A stretch of 64,000 nt of DNA from an uncultured Gemmatimonadales bacterium (GCA_963850905.1 CAWKMU010000003.1:1888001-1952000), one strand, 5' to 3'; numbered from the stretch's first letter, positions 50,614 through 62,504 are shown. Notes: a model not told the origin generated them from the sequence alone. Program-made: numbers and translations.

Positions 50614-51828
50614 TCAGCACACCCAATCTCCGTCCGCCGGTCGCGTGCGAGCGAATTCGCCCGGGTGCTGACGGAACCACGCGGAGATGAGCATCAATTC
50701 GTCGACCTCATGGGCCGGGACGGCGCCCTTGGGTCCCTTCGGCCCACCGAACGTGTCGGCAACGAGCGTGCGCAACTGCCCACGATCCGCGGCGGTCTGC
50801 GGCACGGGAGCTTCCGCGCGAACGCAACCGCGCCGGATGAGATACATGCGGTCGTCGCCGTCGACTCCCGCGACCGTGTAGATGAACGACAGGGTCTCGA
50901 CGGCGAAGCGCAAGCGACCGAACTGCTCGAGCAGGCCCTCGAGGCGCTGTACCTTGTCGCGGAGCACGGCCGCCCGTTCGAACTCCAGCCGCGCGCTGGC
51001 GTCCCGCATTTGCGCGGTGAGTGACGCGATAGGGCCGTCGTCGGCTCCGTCCAAGAACGCCCGAGCGAGCTCGACCCGACGGGCGTACTCGCCGGTCGAA
51101 CATCCGCCGACACACGGACCGAGACACTTGTGGATCTCGTAGCGAATACATCCCGGAGTGCGGTCGGGCAGTACGAAGAGATCCGGCTGGTCGCTGAAGT
51201 GCATGCGGATGTCGCGCGCGCAATCGCGGAGTCCCAGCACATCGTTGAGCTCACGCAGCGCCTCGCCCACTCGACGCGCTCCGACGAACGGCCCGTAGTA
51301 CAGTTCGCCGTCATCTCCCCCGGCGGTCCGCACGACCGCCAGCTTGGACGCCGGGCCGCGAGTGATCTTGATGAACGCGTAGTTGTGGCCGTCTGCCTTC
51401 ATCGCCACGTTCAGCCGCGGCCGCAGCACCTTGATGAGCCGCAGCTCTTGGAGAAGCGCAGCGAACTCACTGGGGGTGTACTCCCAGTCGATCGACTCTG
51501 CGTGGCGGAGGATGCGCGCACCCTTGTCCCCGGGATAGGAGCACCGGAAGTAGCTGAGCAAGCGCGAGCGAAGCCGCTTGGATTTGCCGACATAGACCAC
51601 TTCGCCGTCCGCGCTCAGCATCCGATAGACCCCGGGGCGGTTCGTCGTTCCGGCTCGCACGGCGGCCCGCATGGCCCGCACCTGCGCTTCAGGCGTAGGT
51701 CCGCGCGCATTGCTCGAGCGCCCGCGGCGTGGCGGAGTGGCGGGGGCGTCAACGAGGACTGGCTCACCGCCGTCGCTCTCTCCGCCGATCGCCGTTCGAT
51801 CGACCCGGGCCGTCGACTGCCTGGCCAT
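50614..51828 (-). CDS. UvrC-like (Cho-type) GIY-YIG endonuclease with UVR domain
   Basis: PGVYRM...VYVGKSKRLRSRLLSYF, Cys cluster, MRDASARLEFERAAVLRD; no C-terminal HhH region. Confidence 0.85.
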   Translation of the reverse strand: MARQSTARVDRTAIGGESDGGEPVLVDAPATPPRRGRSSNARGPTPEAQVRAMRAAVRAGTTNRPGVYRMLSADGEVVYVGKSKRLRSRLLSYFRCSYPGDKGARILRHAESIDWEYTPSEFAALLQELRLIKVLRPRLNVAMKADGHNYAFIKITRGPASKLAVVRTAGGDDGELYYGPFVGARRVGEALRELNDVLGLRDCARDIRMHFSDQPDLFVLPDRTPGCIRYEIHKCLGPCVGGCSTGEYARRVELARAFLDGADDGPIASLTAQMRDASARLEFERAAVLRDKVQRLEGLLEQFGRLRFAVETLSFIYTVAGVDGDDRMYLIRRGCVRAEAPVPQTAADRGQLRTLVADTFGGPKGPKGAVPAHEVDELMLISAWFRQHPGEFARTRPADGDWVC

Positions 51829-51831
51829 GCG

Positions 51832-52659
51832 TCAGTGCTGACAGCGGGGACAGAAAACCGTTTGACGCCCGTCTACCGCGTGCGTGCCAACCAGCCGGCT
51901 CTGGCACCGGAGGCACGGCAAACCAGCGCGCCCGTAGGCGGCCAGCTGTTTGGCGAACGCTCCAAAATCGCCGTACGGATCGCGATAGTCACGAAAGCTG
52001 GTGCCGCGCGCCTCGATCGCCTCCTGGAGCACGTCGACAATTGCACGGCGGAGCTCGCCCGCCTCAGCCGGCGCGATGCGGCGAGCGCTGCGTGACGGGT
52101 CGATTCCCGCACGCCAGAGCGACTCGTTCGCGTAGATGTTGCCGACGCCCGCCAAATGGCGCTGGTCCATGAGCACCTTTTTCACGGCCTGTCCCGACTT
52201 ACGCAAGACGTCTCGGAAGTTGTCGAGAGTGAACGCCGGGTCAAGCGGCTCGGGCCCGAGTCGAGCGACGTACTCCGCGAATCGCTGGGGTGCCATGAGG
52301 GTCACCGTACCGAGCCGCCGGATGTCGCGATAGTGCACCGTCCGTCCGTCGGCGAGATCGAGGGCGATCGTGGAGTAGCGTCGTTCGTTGTCGGGGAGAT
52401 CGCCGGTGTCGACGAGCAGCGCACCCGTGAACCGGGGCTGGATTACGAGACGGTCCCCCGAGGACAGGTCGATGACGATGAGCTTTGCCCGCCGCCAGGC
52501 TCGCAGAATGGTGGCGCCAGTCAGTCGGCGCTTGAACGTTCTGGGTGTGGTCTCCCGCAGGACGTCGGCATGCGTGACGCGAACTCCCGTGATGACCGCG
52601 CCCTGGAGCATCCGCTCCAAGTCGCGGGTGATCGTCTCGATCTCAGGAAGCTCGGGCAT
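51832..52659 (-). CDS. mutM: Formamidopyrimidine-DNA glycosylase
   Basis: MPELPEIE N-terminus, AGVGNIYANE, CLRC...CPRCQ zinc finger. Confidence 0.96.
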   Translation of the reverse strand: MPELPEIETITRDLERMLQGAVITGVRVTHADVLRETTPRTFKRRLTGATILRAWRRAKLIVIDLSSGDRLVIQPRFTGALLVDTGDLPDNERRYSTIALDLADGRTVHYRDIRRLGTVTLMAPQRFAEYVARLGPEPLDPAFTLDNFRDVLRKSGQAVKKVLMDQRHLAGVGNIYANESLWRAGIDPSRSARRIAPAEAGELRRAIVDVLQEAIEARGTSFRDYRDPYGDFGAFAKQLAAYGRAGLPCLRCQSRLVGTHAVDGRQTVFCPRCQH

Positions 52660-53995
52660 GGCGGGCAAGCTCACGCCACGCGATGTCCGTCCGGAAGTGC
52701 TTTCCGGCGAACTCCACGCGCGCAGCAAAATCGGCGCTCGCGCGTTGCGCGTCTGCTAAATCCGGTGCCACGGCTGTCACAGTGAGGACGCGGCCGCCTG
52801 CGGTCACCAACTCCCCGGCCGGATTGCGCGTGGTGCCTGCATGAAAGACGTAGATGCCATCCGTCGCGGGGGGCAGATGGATCACGTCCCCGGTTCTCGG
52901 ATGGTCGGGGTACCCGGCTGCCGCGACGACGGTGGCCACCGCCGACTGTGCTTTCGCCGGCCCCGGCCGAATGGCTGGCAGCCCTTCGCCTGCAGCGACC
53001 GCGCGCATCAAGGCCAGTATGTCGAACCGCGTAAGCGGGAGTATGGCCTGCGTCTCCGGGTCGCCCATCCGACAGTTGAACTCCACCACTCGTGGGCCAT
53101 CGTCTGTGAGCATCAGCCCTGCGTAAAGGACGCCCGTAAACGGGCTCCCACGCTCCCGTAACGCGGCGAGTGTGGGCTCGACGATCCGATCAGCCACCGT
53201 CCGCAGGAGACCCGTTATGCCTTGTGAGATCCCGGGACGCCCGTCGATGCCGCCCACGGGGCTCTCCGGAGCAGGTGGTGGCACTGGAGGATGCACAGGC
53301 GCATAAGCCCCCATACCGCCGGTGTTGGGCCCTTGGTCGCCGTCCAGGAGCCGCTTGTGATCCTGAGCCGCGACGAAGGGCACCCACTGCGTACCGTTGG
53401 TGAGAAAGTGCAGCGACAGCTCCTCGCCTCGCATGTGCTCTTCGACGAGGATTTCTGCCCCTGCCGCCCCAAAACGGTGGTGGGTCAACATGGCGTCGAT
53501 CGCTTCGTCGGCCGCGCGGGCCGTTTCAGCGACAATAACACCTTTCCCCGCTGCGAGCCCCGAGGCCTTGATGACCACAGGCAGGCCAAACTTCCTGGCG
53601 GCGCGCCGGGCAGCGTCTGGATCCGTGTGCCGCTCGGCCCTCGCGGTCGGCACGCCAGCGTCGATCATGAGCTGCTTGGCGAACACCTTCGAGCTCTCGA
53701 TCTGCGCCGCAGCTTTGGGCGGCCCGAAGATAGGGAGTTGGTGCTGCCGAAAGCGGTCGACGATGCCGAAGGCCAACGGTGCCTCCGGTCCCACCACGGT
53801 GAGCGCGGGACGTTCCACCTCGGCCAATGCGAGCAGGGCATCCACATCGGTCGCGGCTACCGGGACGCACCGAGCGTACTCTGCAAGTCCCGCGTTGCCC
53901 GGCGCCGCAATCAGCTCCAGGTGTGGGTCCTCGAGTCTCAACCGCCAGGCGAAGGCGTGCTCGCGTCCTCCGCCTCCCACAATGAGCACCTTCAT
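52643..53995 (-). CDS. purD: Phosphoribosylamine-glycine ligase
   Basis: GGGGREHA, VVGPEAPL, KASGLAAGKGV, QDHKR...GPNTGGMGAYAP, EFNCRMGDPETQ. Confidence 0.96.
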   Translation of the reverse strand: MKVLIVGGGGREHAFAWRLRLEDPHLELIAAPGNAGLAEYARCVPVAATDVDALLALAEVERPALTVVGPEAPLAFGIVDRFRQHQLPIFGPPKAAAQIESSKVFAKQLMIDAGVPTARAERHTDPDAARRAARKFGLPVVIKASGLAAGKGVIVAETARAADEAIDAMLTHHRFGAAGAEILVEEHMRGEELSLHFLTNGTQWVPFVAAQDHKRLLDGDQGPNTGGMGAYAPVHPPVPPPAPESPVGGIDGRPGISQGITGLLRTVADRIVEPTLAALRERGSPFTGVLYAGLMLTDDGPRVVEFNCRMGDPETQAILPLTRFDILALMRAVAAGEGLPAIRPGPAKAQSAVATVVAAAGYPDHPRTGDVIHLPPATDGIYVFHAGTTRNPAGELVTAGGRVLTVTAVAPDLADAQRASADFAARVEFAGKHFRTDIAWRELARHARAS

Positions 53996-54079
53996 CGCTG
54001 CCCTGCTACCGATTCACTGCCCGCGCCAATCCGCCCAGCGGACGTCACCGGCGACGGGATGAGCCCGTGACGATCCGAT

Positions 54080-55090
54080 TCAACGGGACGTGCCGCCGCC
54101 GTCGCCTTGGCTGGAGTCGCCGCTCCGGGTCCGGAACGCTTGCCCGAACGCATCTCGGGCGCGTTCCGCCATGTGCTCGAGTTCCGATACGACCGCGCGA
54201 GCCTGCGTGCCGTAATATCCGGCGGCAGCCGCGTAATCGTCAGCCAGCGGTTGATCGCCTTCTCCACCACGTCTCGGGTAGTCTCCGCGCAGGATCCGCT
54301 CATACGCCTCCGAGCTGCCCCAACGCCGAAGCTCGGCCGCCCGCACCGTGTTGAATGGATGGTCGCGGAAGACCGTGTTGAGCATCTTGAGGGCCGTGTC
54401 CCAGGCGCCACCGGTCGTCTCATACTCTTCGGCTTGGATGAGAAACTCGTCCAGATCGATTGCGTCGTCGCCCGCCTTTCCACCGGCCAGCTTGAGATAC
54501 GTGCCCAGCGAAGCGCGGAGATCCTGGGTTCCGAGCAGTCCGGCGCGGTCACAAGATAACTCGGCTTTGCGGTACCACTCGAGCAGCGCGATCTGGATGG
54601 GAAGCAGCGCGATCCCCGCGAGGAAGGGCAGGTTTCGCAGACCAAAATTGATCAGAATGATGGCGATCGTGCTATAGGTCACGTGCCCGCTCATGATGTG
54701 TCCCAGCTCATGGGCGAGCACGTCGCGCTGCTCCTCGCGATTCAACAACCCGAGCGTCCCGGAGTTGACGATGATGAACGGATCGTCGAAGCCAACCGCG
54801 CCGGCGTTGACGAACGGGGTCTGGGTGACGTAGAGCTGCGGGCGCGTTGGCCACTCGAACGTCGCGAGCACCTCAGTGTAGAGCGCATTGAGCTTGGGGC
54901 GCTGTCGCGGTCCCACCCGCACCGCATTCGCGAGGAACAGGTGGCGAAGGCCTCGCTCGCCGAAAAAGCCGGCGACCTTGCGAACCAGCTCGTCGAAACC
55001 GGGGATCGCACGCAGCGTGTTGAGCGCTGCCCGGTCGGCCGGGTGCTCCCACGCGAGCGAAGAGATACCGGGCAGAGGATTGGGGGCCAT
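54080..55090 (-). CDS. M48 family zinc metalloprotease
   Basis: EHPADRAAL, LAHELGH, RKAELSCDRAGLL. Confidence 0.9.
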   Translation of the reverse strand: MAPNPLPGISSLAWEHPADRAALNTLRAIPGFDELVRKVAGFFGERGLRHLFLANAVRVGPRQRPKLNALYTEVLATFEWPTRPQLYVTQTPFVNAGAVGFDDPFIIVNSGTLGLLNREEQRDVLAHELGHIMSGHVTYSTIAIILINFGLRNLPFLAGIALLPIQIALLEWYRKAELSCDRAGLLGTQDLRASLGTYLKLAGGKAGDDAIDLDEFLIQAEEYETTGGAWDTALKMLNTVFRDHPFNTVRAAELRRWGSSEAYERILRGDYPRRGGEGDQPLADDYAAAAGYYGTQARAVVSELEHMAERARDAFGQAFRTRSGDSSQGDGGGTSR

Positions 55091-55217
55091 AACTGCAGGG
55101 GTCAGATGTCAGGGATCAGGGGTCCGGGGAACTACAAGACCTACGCAGGACGCGGACGAAAGTTGCGCGGTCCTCCCGACCGATTCCTCCGCCCCGCACC
55201 TGTCTCCTTTCTCCTCT

Positions 55218-56405
55218 CTACGAGGCGCCACCGGCGTCGAGTCCGTCCCAGGCGTACTCGAGGTCCTCGAGCAGATCCTCGATGTCCTCGACGCCGCATG
55301 ACAGTCGGATGAGACCTTCGCTCATTCCGAGGGCCGCGCGACGCTCGGGCGGGACCGACGCGTGGGTCATCGATGCGGGGTGACTGATGAGGCTCTCGAC
55401 GCCGCCCAGCGACTCGGCGAGGGAAAACACGCGGACCCGACCCAGCACGTGAGCCGCACGGGCGCGAGTGCCCAGGTCGACGGACACCATGCCGCCGAAG
55501 CCGGACATTTGACGCTTCGCAAGGGCATGTTGCGGGTGCGACGGAAGCCCGGGATAGTTGACGCACCGCTCGCCCACGTGCTCGACCAGCCAGGCGGCGA
55601 CTCGTCGGCCGTTGGCATCATGACGGGGCATCCGCAGGTGGAGCGTTTTGGTTCCTCGGAGCGCGAGCCACGAGTCGAAGGGTCCCGGAACCGCGCCGGC
55701 GGCATTCTGGATGTACTGAATGCGCTCGGCCAAGGCATCGTCTCGCAGCGCGGCGATGCCGCCGATCATGTCGCTGTGCCCGTTGAGATACTTGGTCGTC
55801 GAGTGATATACGATATCAGCGCCCTGCTCGAGCGGTCGCTGAAAAAACGGTGTGGCAAAAGTATTGTCGACGATCAACAAGGCCCCGGCGCGATGAGCAA
55901 TGTCAGCGATCGCTGCGATGTCGGCGAGTCGCATGAGCGGATTGCTCGGCGTCTCGATGAGCACGGCGACCGTCCGATCGGTGATCGCGTCGGCGACGCG
56001 TTGCGGGTCGCGGGTGTCCACGAACGTGAAGCGCATGCCGTAGAGCTGGAGGATGCGGTCGAACAGCCGGAAGGTACCGCCGTAGACGTTTTCAGCGCAG
56101 ACGACATGGTCTCCGCTGCGAAACAACTTCATGAGACTGTCTACGCACCCCATGCCGCTCGCGAATGCGAACCCATGCGTTCCCTTCTCGAGCGCCGCGA
56201 CGTTGCGCTCGAGGGCCTCGCGGGTGGGGTTCTTCCCTCGCGCGTACTCATACCCTTTATTCTCACCGAGCGCGTCCTGGACGTACGTCGAGGTCAGGTA
56301 GACCGGCGTCATGATGGCACCCGAGAGCGGGTCCGGCCGTTGGCCAGCGTGGATGGCCCGCGTGCCGAAATGGGCGTCGAGATCGTTCGCAAAGACTTTG
56401 GTCAC
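55218..56405 (-). CDS. Cystathionine gamma-lyase/synthase family PLP enzyme
   Basis: YEYARGKNPT, YGGTFR, ETPSNP, DNTFATP, HSTTKYLNGHSD, AESLGGVESL. Confidence 0.93.
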   Translation of the reverse strand: MTKVFANDLDAHFGTRAIHAGQRPDPLSGAIMTPVYLTSTYVQDALGENKGYEYARGKNPTREALERNVAALEKGTHGFAFASGMGCVDSLMKLFRSGDHVVCAENVYGGTFRLFDRILQLYGMRFTFVDTRDPQRVADAITDRTVAVLIETPSNPLMRLADIAAIADIAHRAGALLIVDNTFATPFFQRPLEQGADIVYHSTTKYLNGHSDMIGGIAALRDDALAERIQYIQNAAGAVPGPFDSWLALRGTKTLHLRMPRHDANGRRVAAWLVEHVGERCVNYPGLPSHPQHALAKRQMSGFGGMVSVDLGTRARAAHVLGRVRVFSLAESLGGVESLISHPASMTHASVPPERRAALGMSEGLIRLSCGVEDIEDLLEDLEYAWDGLDAGGAS

Positions 56406-57521
56406 ATGCCGGTCGTGATGAGTGAGGATGGGAAGTTAACCTGCCTGATCGTCGACGACGAACCCCAGCTCCGCCGTGTGCTCGCGCGGCTCATGGAAGC
56501 CGACGGGTTCACTTGTGTCGAGGCCGGATCCGGATCCGAGGCCCTCGATGTGCTTGGCGGCCGCGACGTGGCGCTCATGTTGACCGACCTCCGGATGCCC
56601 AGGATGGACGGCATCACGCTGCTGCGCGAAACACGCGCGCGTTTTCCGGAGCTCGCGGTCGTGATGATTACGGCCGTGGCGGACGTCGACGTGGCGGTGA
56701 GCTGTTTGGCCGTCGGCGCGATGGACTACCTGACGAAACCGTTCAACATCGAGGAAGTGCGTGCCCGAGTCCGACAGGCCCTCGAAAAACGGCGTCTCGT
56801 ACGGGACCTTCGAGCCTACCAGGAACAGCTGGAAGAGCGTGTGCGCGCGCAGGCTCACCAGCTCGAGGAATTGTTCCTCGGGACGATGCAGGCCTTTGCC
56901 GCGGCGCTCGAGGTCAAGGATCCCTACACGCGCGGCCATTCGATCCGGGTCAGCCAGTACTCGGTCGCGATTGCTCGCGCCATGGCGCTGGATGATGAGT
57001 CGGTTCGTCAGATCGAGATCGGCGGCCACCTGCACGACATCGGGAAGATCGGTGTGCGCGAGGCGGTGCTGAACAAGCCAGGCCCGCTCACCGACGAGGA
57101 GTACGAACACATCATGACGCACCCCGTTGTCGGGTGGCGTATTCTCTCTCCCCTCCTGTCGGATGTGCCGATGGCACTGCACATCGTGCGATCACACCAT
57201 GAACGCTTCGATGGGCGCGGCATTCCGGATGGACTCGAGGCAGGAGAAATCCCGCTCGAGGCACGGATCGCTGCGGTCGCAGACGCCTTCGACGCGATGA
57301 CCAGCGGCCGCGCCTACCGCCAAGGTGGGCGCATGACTCTGACCGCCGCGGTCGCCGAAGTGGAGCGCTGCTGCGGGACCCAATTCGATCCGGATGTCGT
57401 CGCCGCATTTTCCCGCGCGCTGTCCGAGGGCGGGATCACGGTCCCGCAGCCTCGTTCGGATGGTTCCTCGGGGCGATCGGTGCCACCGCGGAGCGAGCCG
57501 TCGATACCCGGATCTCGCTGA
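56406..57521 (+). CDS. Response regulator with HD-GYP-type phosphodiesterase domain (RpfG-like), start 56406 or 56418
   Basis: LIVDDE, DLRMPRMDG, YLTKPF; KDPYTRGHS, LHDIGK, HHERFDGRGIP. Confidence 0.92.
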   Translation: MPVVMSEDGKLTCLIVDDEPQLRRVLARLMEADGFTCVEAGSGSEALDVLGGRDVALMLTDLRMPRMDGITLLRETRARFPELAVVMITAVADVDVAVSCLAVGAMDYLTKPFNIEEVRARVRQALEKRRLVRDLRAYQEQLEERVRAQAHQLEELFLGTMQAFAAALEVKDPYTRGHSIRVSQYSVAIARAMALDDESVRQIEIGGHLHDIGKIGVREAVLNKPGPLTDEEYEHIMTHPVVGWRILSPLLSDVPMALHIVRSHHERFDGRGIPDGLEAGEIPLEARIAAVADAFDAMTSGRAYRQGGRMTLTAAVAEVERCCGTQFDPDVVAAFSRALSEGGITVPQPRSDGSSGRSVPPRSEPSIPGSR

Positions 57522-57627
57522 CGTGGGCGGCGGGCGATGCGTGCCCGCGAGAGGAGAGCCGAACACGGAGCAAGGCGACTGGGAGGACCGGACGCGTCGC
57601 TCTTTCCGACGTGACTACCTTTCGCCG

Positions 57628-59010
57628 ATGGTGACTGATGGTCTCATGGTCAGCGTGTCGGGGGTTCGCGGGCGGGTGGGCGAGGCCCTGACCCCGGAAG
57701 TCGTCACGACGTTTGCTGCCGCCTTCGGCGCGTGGGCGTTGGCCGGCGCTGACCGAGGGGCGAAACGACCGCGCGTCGTCGTCGGTCGGGACAGCCGCGT
57801 GTCCGGCCCGATGTTTCATCGCGCCGTGCTCGCTGCACTGCAGTCCGTCGGATGCGACATCATCGATGTCGGCATTGCGCCAACCCCAACAATCCAGCTC
57901 GCCGTAGAGTCGCTCCATGCCGCGGGCGGTCTCGCGATCACCGCGAGTCACAACCCGATCGAGTGGAACGCCCTCAAGTTCATCGCACCGACCGGGCTTT
58001 TCCTCTCCGCGGAGGAGGGTGCGGCGATGCGGGCCGGGATGGAGCGCGGTATCCCGCGAGCGAGCTGGGACCATCTCGGGGAAGTCGAGCTGGACCGGGA
58101 GGCCGTCGCGCGGCACATCGATCGGATTCTGGAGCTGCCGTATATCGATGTCGAAGCCATTCGCGCGCGCCGACTCCATGTGGCGCTGGACTGTGTGCGC
58201 GGCGCCGGCGGCGTCATCATGCCGGTGTTGCTCGAGCGCCTCGGCTGCCGCACGACGGCGATCAACCTGGAGACGGACGGCCGATTCCCACGCCCGCCGG
58301 AGCCGATTGCCGCCAATCTGGGAGCACTCGAGGCACTGGTGCGCGCGAGCGGCGCGGATGTCGGGTTTGCCGTGGATCCCGACGTCGACCGGCTCGCGCT
58401 GGTGGATGAAACCGGGCGCGCAATCGGGGAGGACTACACGCTGGCGCTTGCGATGGCGGCCGTCCTCAAACGCCAGCCCGGCCCGGTGGTTACGAACCTG
58501 TCGACGAGCCGACTGATCGACGATGTAGCCGCCGATGCCAACGTCCGCGTGATTCGGTCAGCGGTGGGCGAGGTCAATGTCGCCCTCCGCATGCGAGCTG
58601 AGCGGGCGCCAGTTGGCGGGGAGGGGAACGGCGGCGTCATCGTGTCTGCCCTGCATCTCGGGCGGGATGCTCCAGTGGGTGCGGCGCTGGTGCTACAGCT
58701 GCTGTCCGACGCTGAGGGCGCAACACTGTCCACCGTGGTGGCCCGCTGGCCTCGCTACGCCATCGTCAAAGACAAGCTAGAGCGGCCGGCTGGGTCGCTC
58801 GACCGTGCGTACGAGGCCCTAAAACAGGCGTTTCCGGGGGCGGGGGTCGACACGCAAGACGGTTTGCGGCTGGCGTGGGCCGATAGCTGGCTTCACGTCC
58901 GGCCTAGCGGGACGGAACCGATCGTGCGTGTCATCGCTGAGGCCAAGACGGAAGCGCAGGCCCGTGACCTGGTCGCCCAGGCCCGCGTCCCGCTCAAAGC
59001 CTTAGCTTAA
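57628..59010 (+). CDS. glmM: Phosphoglucosamine mutase (alpha-D-phosphohexomutase)
   Basis: TASHNP, DPDVDR, GGEGNGG, RPSGTEP; upstream of glmS. Confidence 0.85.
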   Translation: MVTDGLMVSVSGVRGRVGEALTPEVVTTFAAAFGAWALAGADRGAKRPRVVVGRDSRVSGPMFHRAVLAALQSVGCDIIDVGIAPTPTIQLAVESLHAAGGLAITASHNPIEWNALKFIAPTGLFLSAEEGAAMRAGMERGIPRASWDHLGEVELDREAVARHIDRILELPYIDVEAIRARRLHVALDCVRGAGGVIMPVLLERLGCRTTAINLETDGRFPRPPEPIAANLGALEALVRASGADVGFAVDPDVDRLALVDETGRAIGEDYTLALAMAAVLKRQPGPVVTNLSTSRLIDDVAADANVRVIRSAVGEVNVALRMRAERAPVGGEGNGGVIVSALHLGRDAPVGAALVLQLLSDAEGATLSTVVARWPRYAIVKDKLERPAGSLDRAYEALKQAFPGAGVDTQDGLRLAWADSWLHVRPSGTEPIVRVIAEAKTEAQARDLVAQARVPLKALA

Positions 59011-59132
59011 ATGCCTGCTCGGGGAGCGTGCCGCAGGTAGGCACCTCTCCGGGGTCCGACTCGAAACCCACTGGGTGAACCGGACGCGCTGGCCGGGTAA
59101 CACCGTCGTTTGCAACAGGAACGGGATCAGCT

Positions 59133-60958
<1,826 letters not shown>

Positions 60959-60961
60959 CGG

Positions 60962-61079
60962 CAGGGATCAGGGGTTAGGGCTTAGGGGTTAGCGACAACC
61001 CAGAAGGCCAGCCGCGAGTGCCGCGCGACTGGCCTTTCAGTTTGGTCCCTAACCCCTAATCCTCGGTGCCTAACCCCTG
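60962..61079. repeat. Palindromic element with (YAGGGGT)n arms and family-C inner hairpin, probable bidirectional terminator
   Basis: cagggat caggggt tagggct taggggt ... gaaggccagccgcg agtgc cgcgcgactggcctttc ... ccctaac ccctaat ... cctaac ccctg; between convergent genes. Confidence 0.85.
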
Positions 61080-61089
61080 TCGTTCAGCC

Positions 61090-62376
61090 CTAGTGTTTCC
61101 CCCCTCCAACGCTCGCGCTGCCACCTCCGCCGCTGTACCCGCCGCCTCCGGAGTATCCCCCGCCCCCTGAGGATCCGCCCACACCTGAGTAGCCCCCTCC
61201 GCCTGAGTAACCGCTTCCACCGGAAGAGCCGCCGCTAGAGTGGCTACTGGATCCGCTGCCCGAGCTGCCGCTCGAGGAGCTCCCGCCTGAGGTGCCCCCC
61301 GAGGCGCCACCGCTGTGGGCATAACCTCCGGACGATCCGCCGGCGTGGTTTCCACCCGACGATGCGTTGTTCGACGATGCCCCGCTGCTGCCGGAGGACG
61401 ACGTGCCGGGCGACGACGAGCCGCTGCCGTTCGTAGAGTAGGTCGTCGCCGATCCGCGATCGAAACTGCCCCCGCTTGCGACGCCTGCGCCCGCGGTTCT
61501 GGCTTGGATTTTCGGGTCGGCGTACGCCGTTGGCGGTCGCTCCTCTCGGGTGCCGATGCGTAGCGCGGGGACGCCGGCCTTGTCCACTCCGTCGGGCTTC
61601 ATCACGACCGGGCGATCCTTGGTGGGCGCGTCCAGCACTGGCTTGAACGGCAATTGCTTGGGCGTGCACGCTGGTGATGCGCGCACGCACACGGCTGGCG
61701 CCGAGACGCCCGCCGGGGCGACCGCCGAACCGTAGCCGACCATCCCGACCCCGGGTGCGGCCAGGTCCTCGGCGGGCATGTAGGGCTCTTCAGCGAACTC
61801 GCCCAGCGTTGGACCCGCAACCGCGAACGATTGGTGGATTGGGCCGCATAATTCGTCGGTCGCCCAGTCGTTCGGGTTGGCCGGACGGCTGGGGTCGAGA
61901 ACCGGGGCGAGCGCCACTTCTGGGCGCGTCATAGAGGTGGAGCGATACCCGAGCGCCTTCGCCAAGGCGAGTGGATGTGTCGCGTATCCATCGAGCTTGA
62001 GGGGCTGCCGCGAGGCCACGACGAAGAGGCACGCCCACGCCGATTGCAATGGATACGATGCGAGGAGCGACTGGCGCTCCGCGCCTTCGTCAGTCAGATA
62101 CGACAACGCATGCACATGCATGCCGACCGCTTCCGGGTAGTCGTCCGATGCATAGGGATAGAGCAACTCCGCCGCGCCGCCGGAATACACTTCGAACGCC
62201 GCGATGTACGCCGGGTCACTCAGCTGGTACTGGAGGTAGCTGCCGTCGGACGAGAGCAGATGAATCGACAGCGGGGGGACTTGGACGCGCTCCGCCTGAA
62301 TACTGTCTTGAGCGAAGAGGCAGCCGGCAGAAGCGACGCCCAGCATGCCAGCCGAGACCAACGTCAGCGCGCGCAT
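61090..62376 (-). CDS. Secreted protein with DUF4384-like N-domain and Gly/Ser-rich tail
   Basis: GGAGGG RBS, signal peptide, PAYIAAFEV...LLYP...FVVASRQPL, C-terminal GGGGYS repeats. Confidence 0.65.
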   Translation of the reverse strand: MRALTLVSAGMLGVASAGCLFAQDSIQAERVQVPPLSIHLLSSDGSYLQYQLSDPAYIAAFEVYSGGAAELLYPYASDDYPEAVGMHVHALSYLTDEGAERQSLLASYPLQSAWACLFVVASRQPLKLDGYATHPLALAKALGYRSTSMTRPEVALAPVLDPSRPANPNDWATDELCGPIHQSFAVAGPTLGEFAEEPYMPAEDLAAPGVGMVGYGSAVAPAGVSAPAVCVRASPACTPKQLPFKPVLDAPTKDRPVVMKPDGVDKAGVPALRIGTREERPPTAYADPKIQARTAGAGVASGGSFDRGSATTYSTNGSGSSSPGTSSSGSSGASSNNASSGGNHAGGSSGGYAHSGGASGGTSGGSSSSGSSGSGSSSHSSGGSSGGSGYSGGGGYSGVGGSSGGGGYSGGGGYSGGGGSASVGGGKH

Positions 62377-62473
62377 ATTCCCTCCCGGGCTCGCGTTCGC
62401 ACTGCTGACCCCTCCATCCAATGTACGCGTTCTCGGGGGACGGTGTTGGACCGGGACGTTTGGTGCGGACGGC

Positions 62474-62504
62474 GTAGGCGAGCGACGTATTGCGTCGCCC
62501 CTAC
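62474..62504 (-). repeat. Single GTAG-type REP
   Basis: Minus strand GTAGGGGCGACGCAATACGTCGCTC hairpin. Confidence 0.65.

Noticed and set aside
59011..59132. Canonical glmS ribozyme
   Set aside because: Conserved catalytic core sequences are absent.
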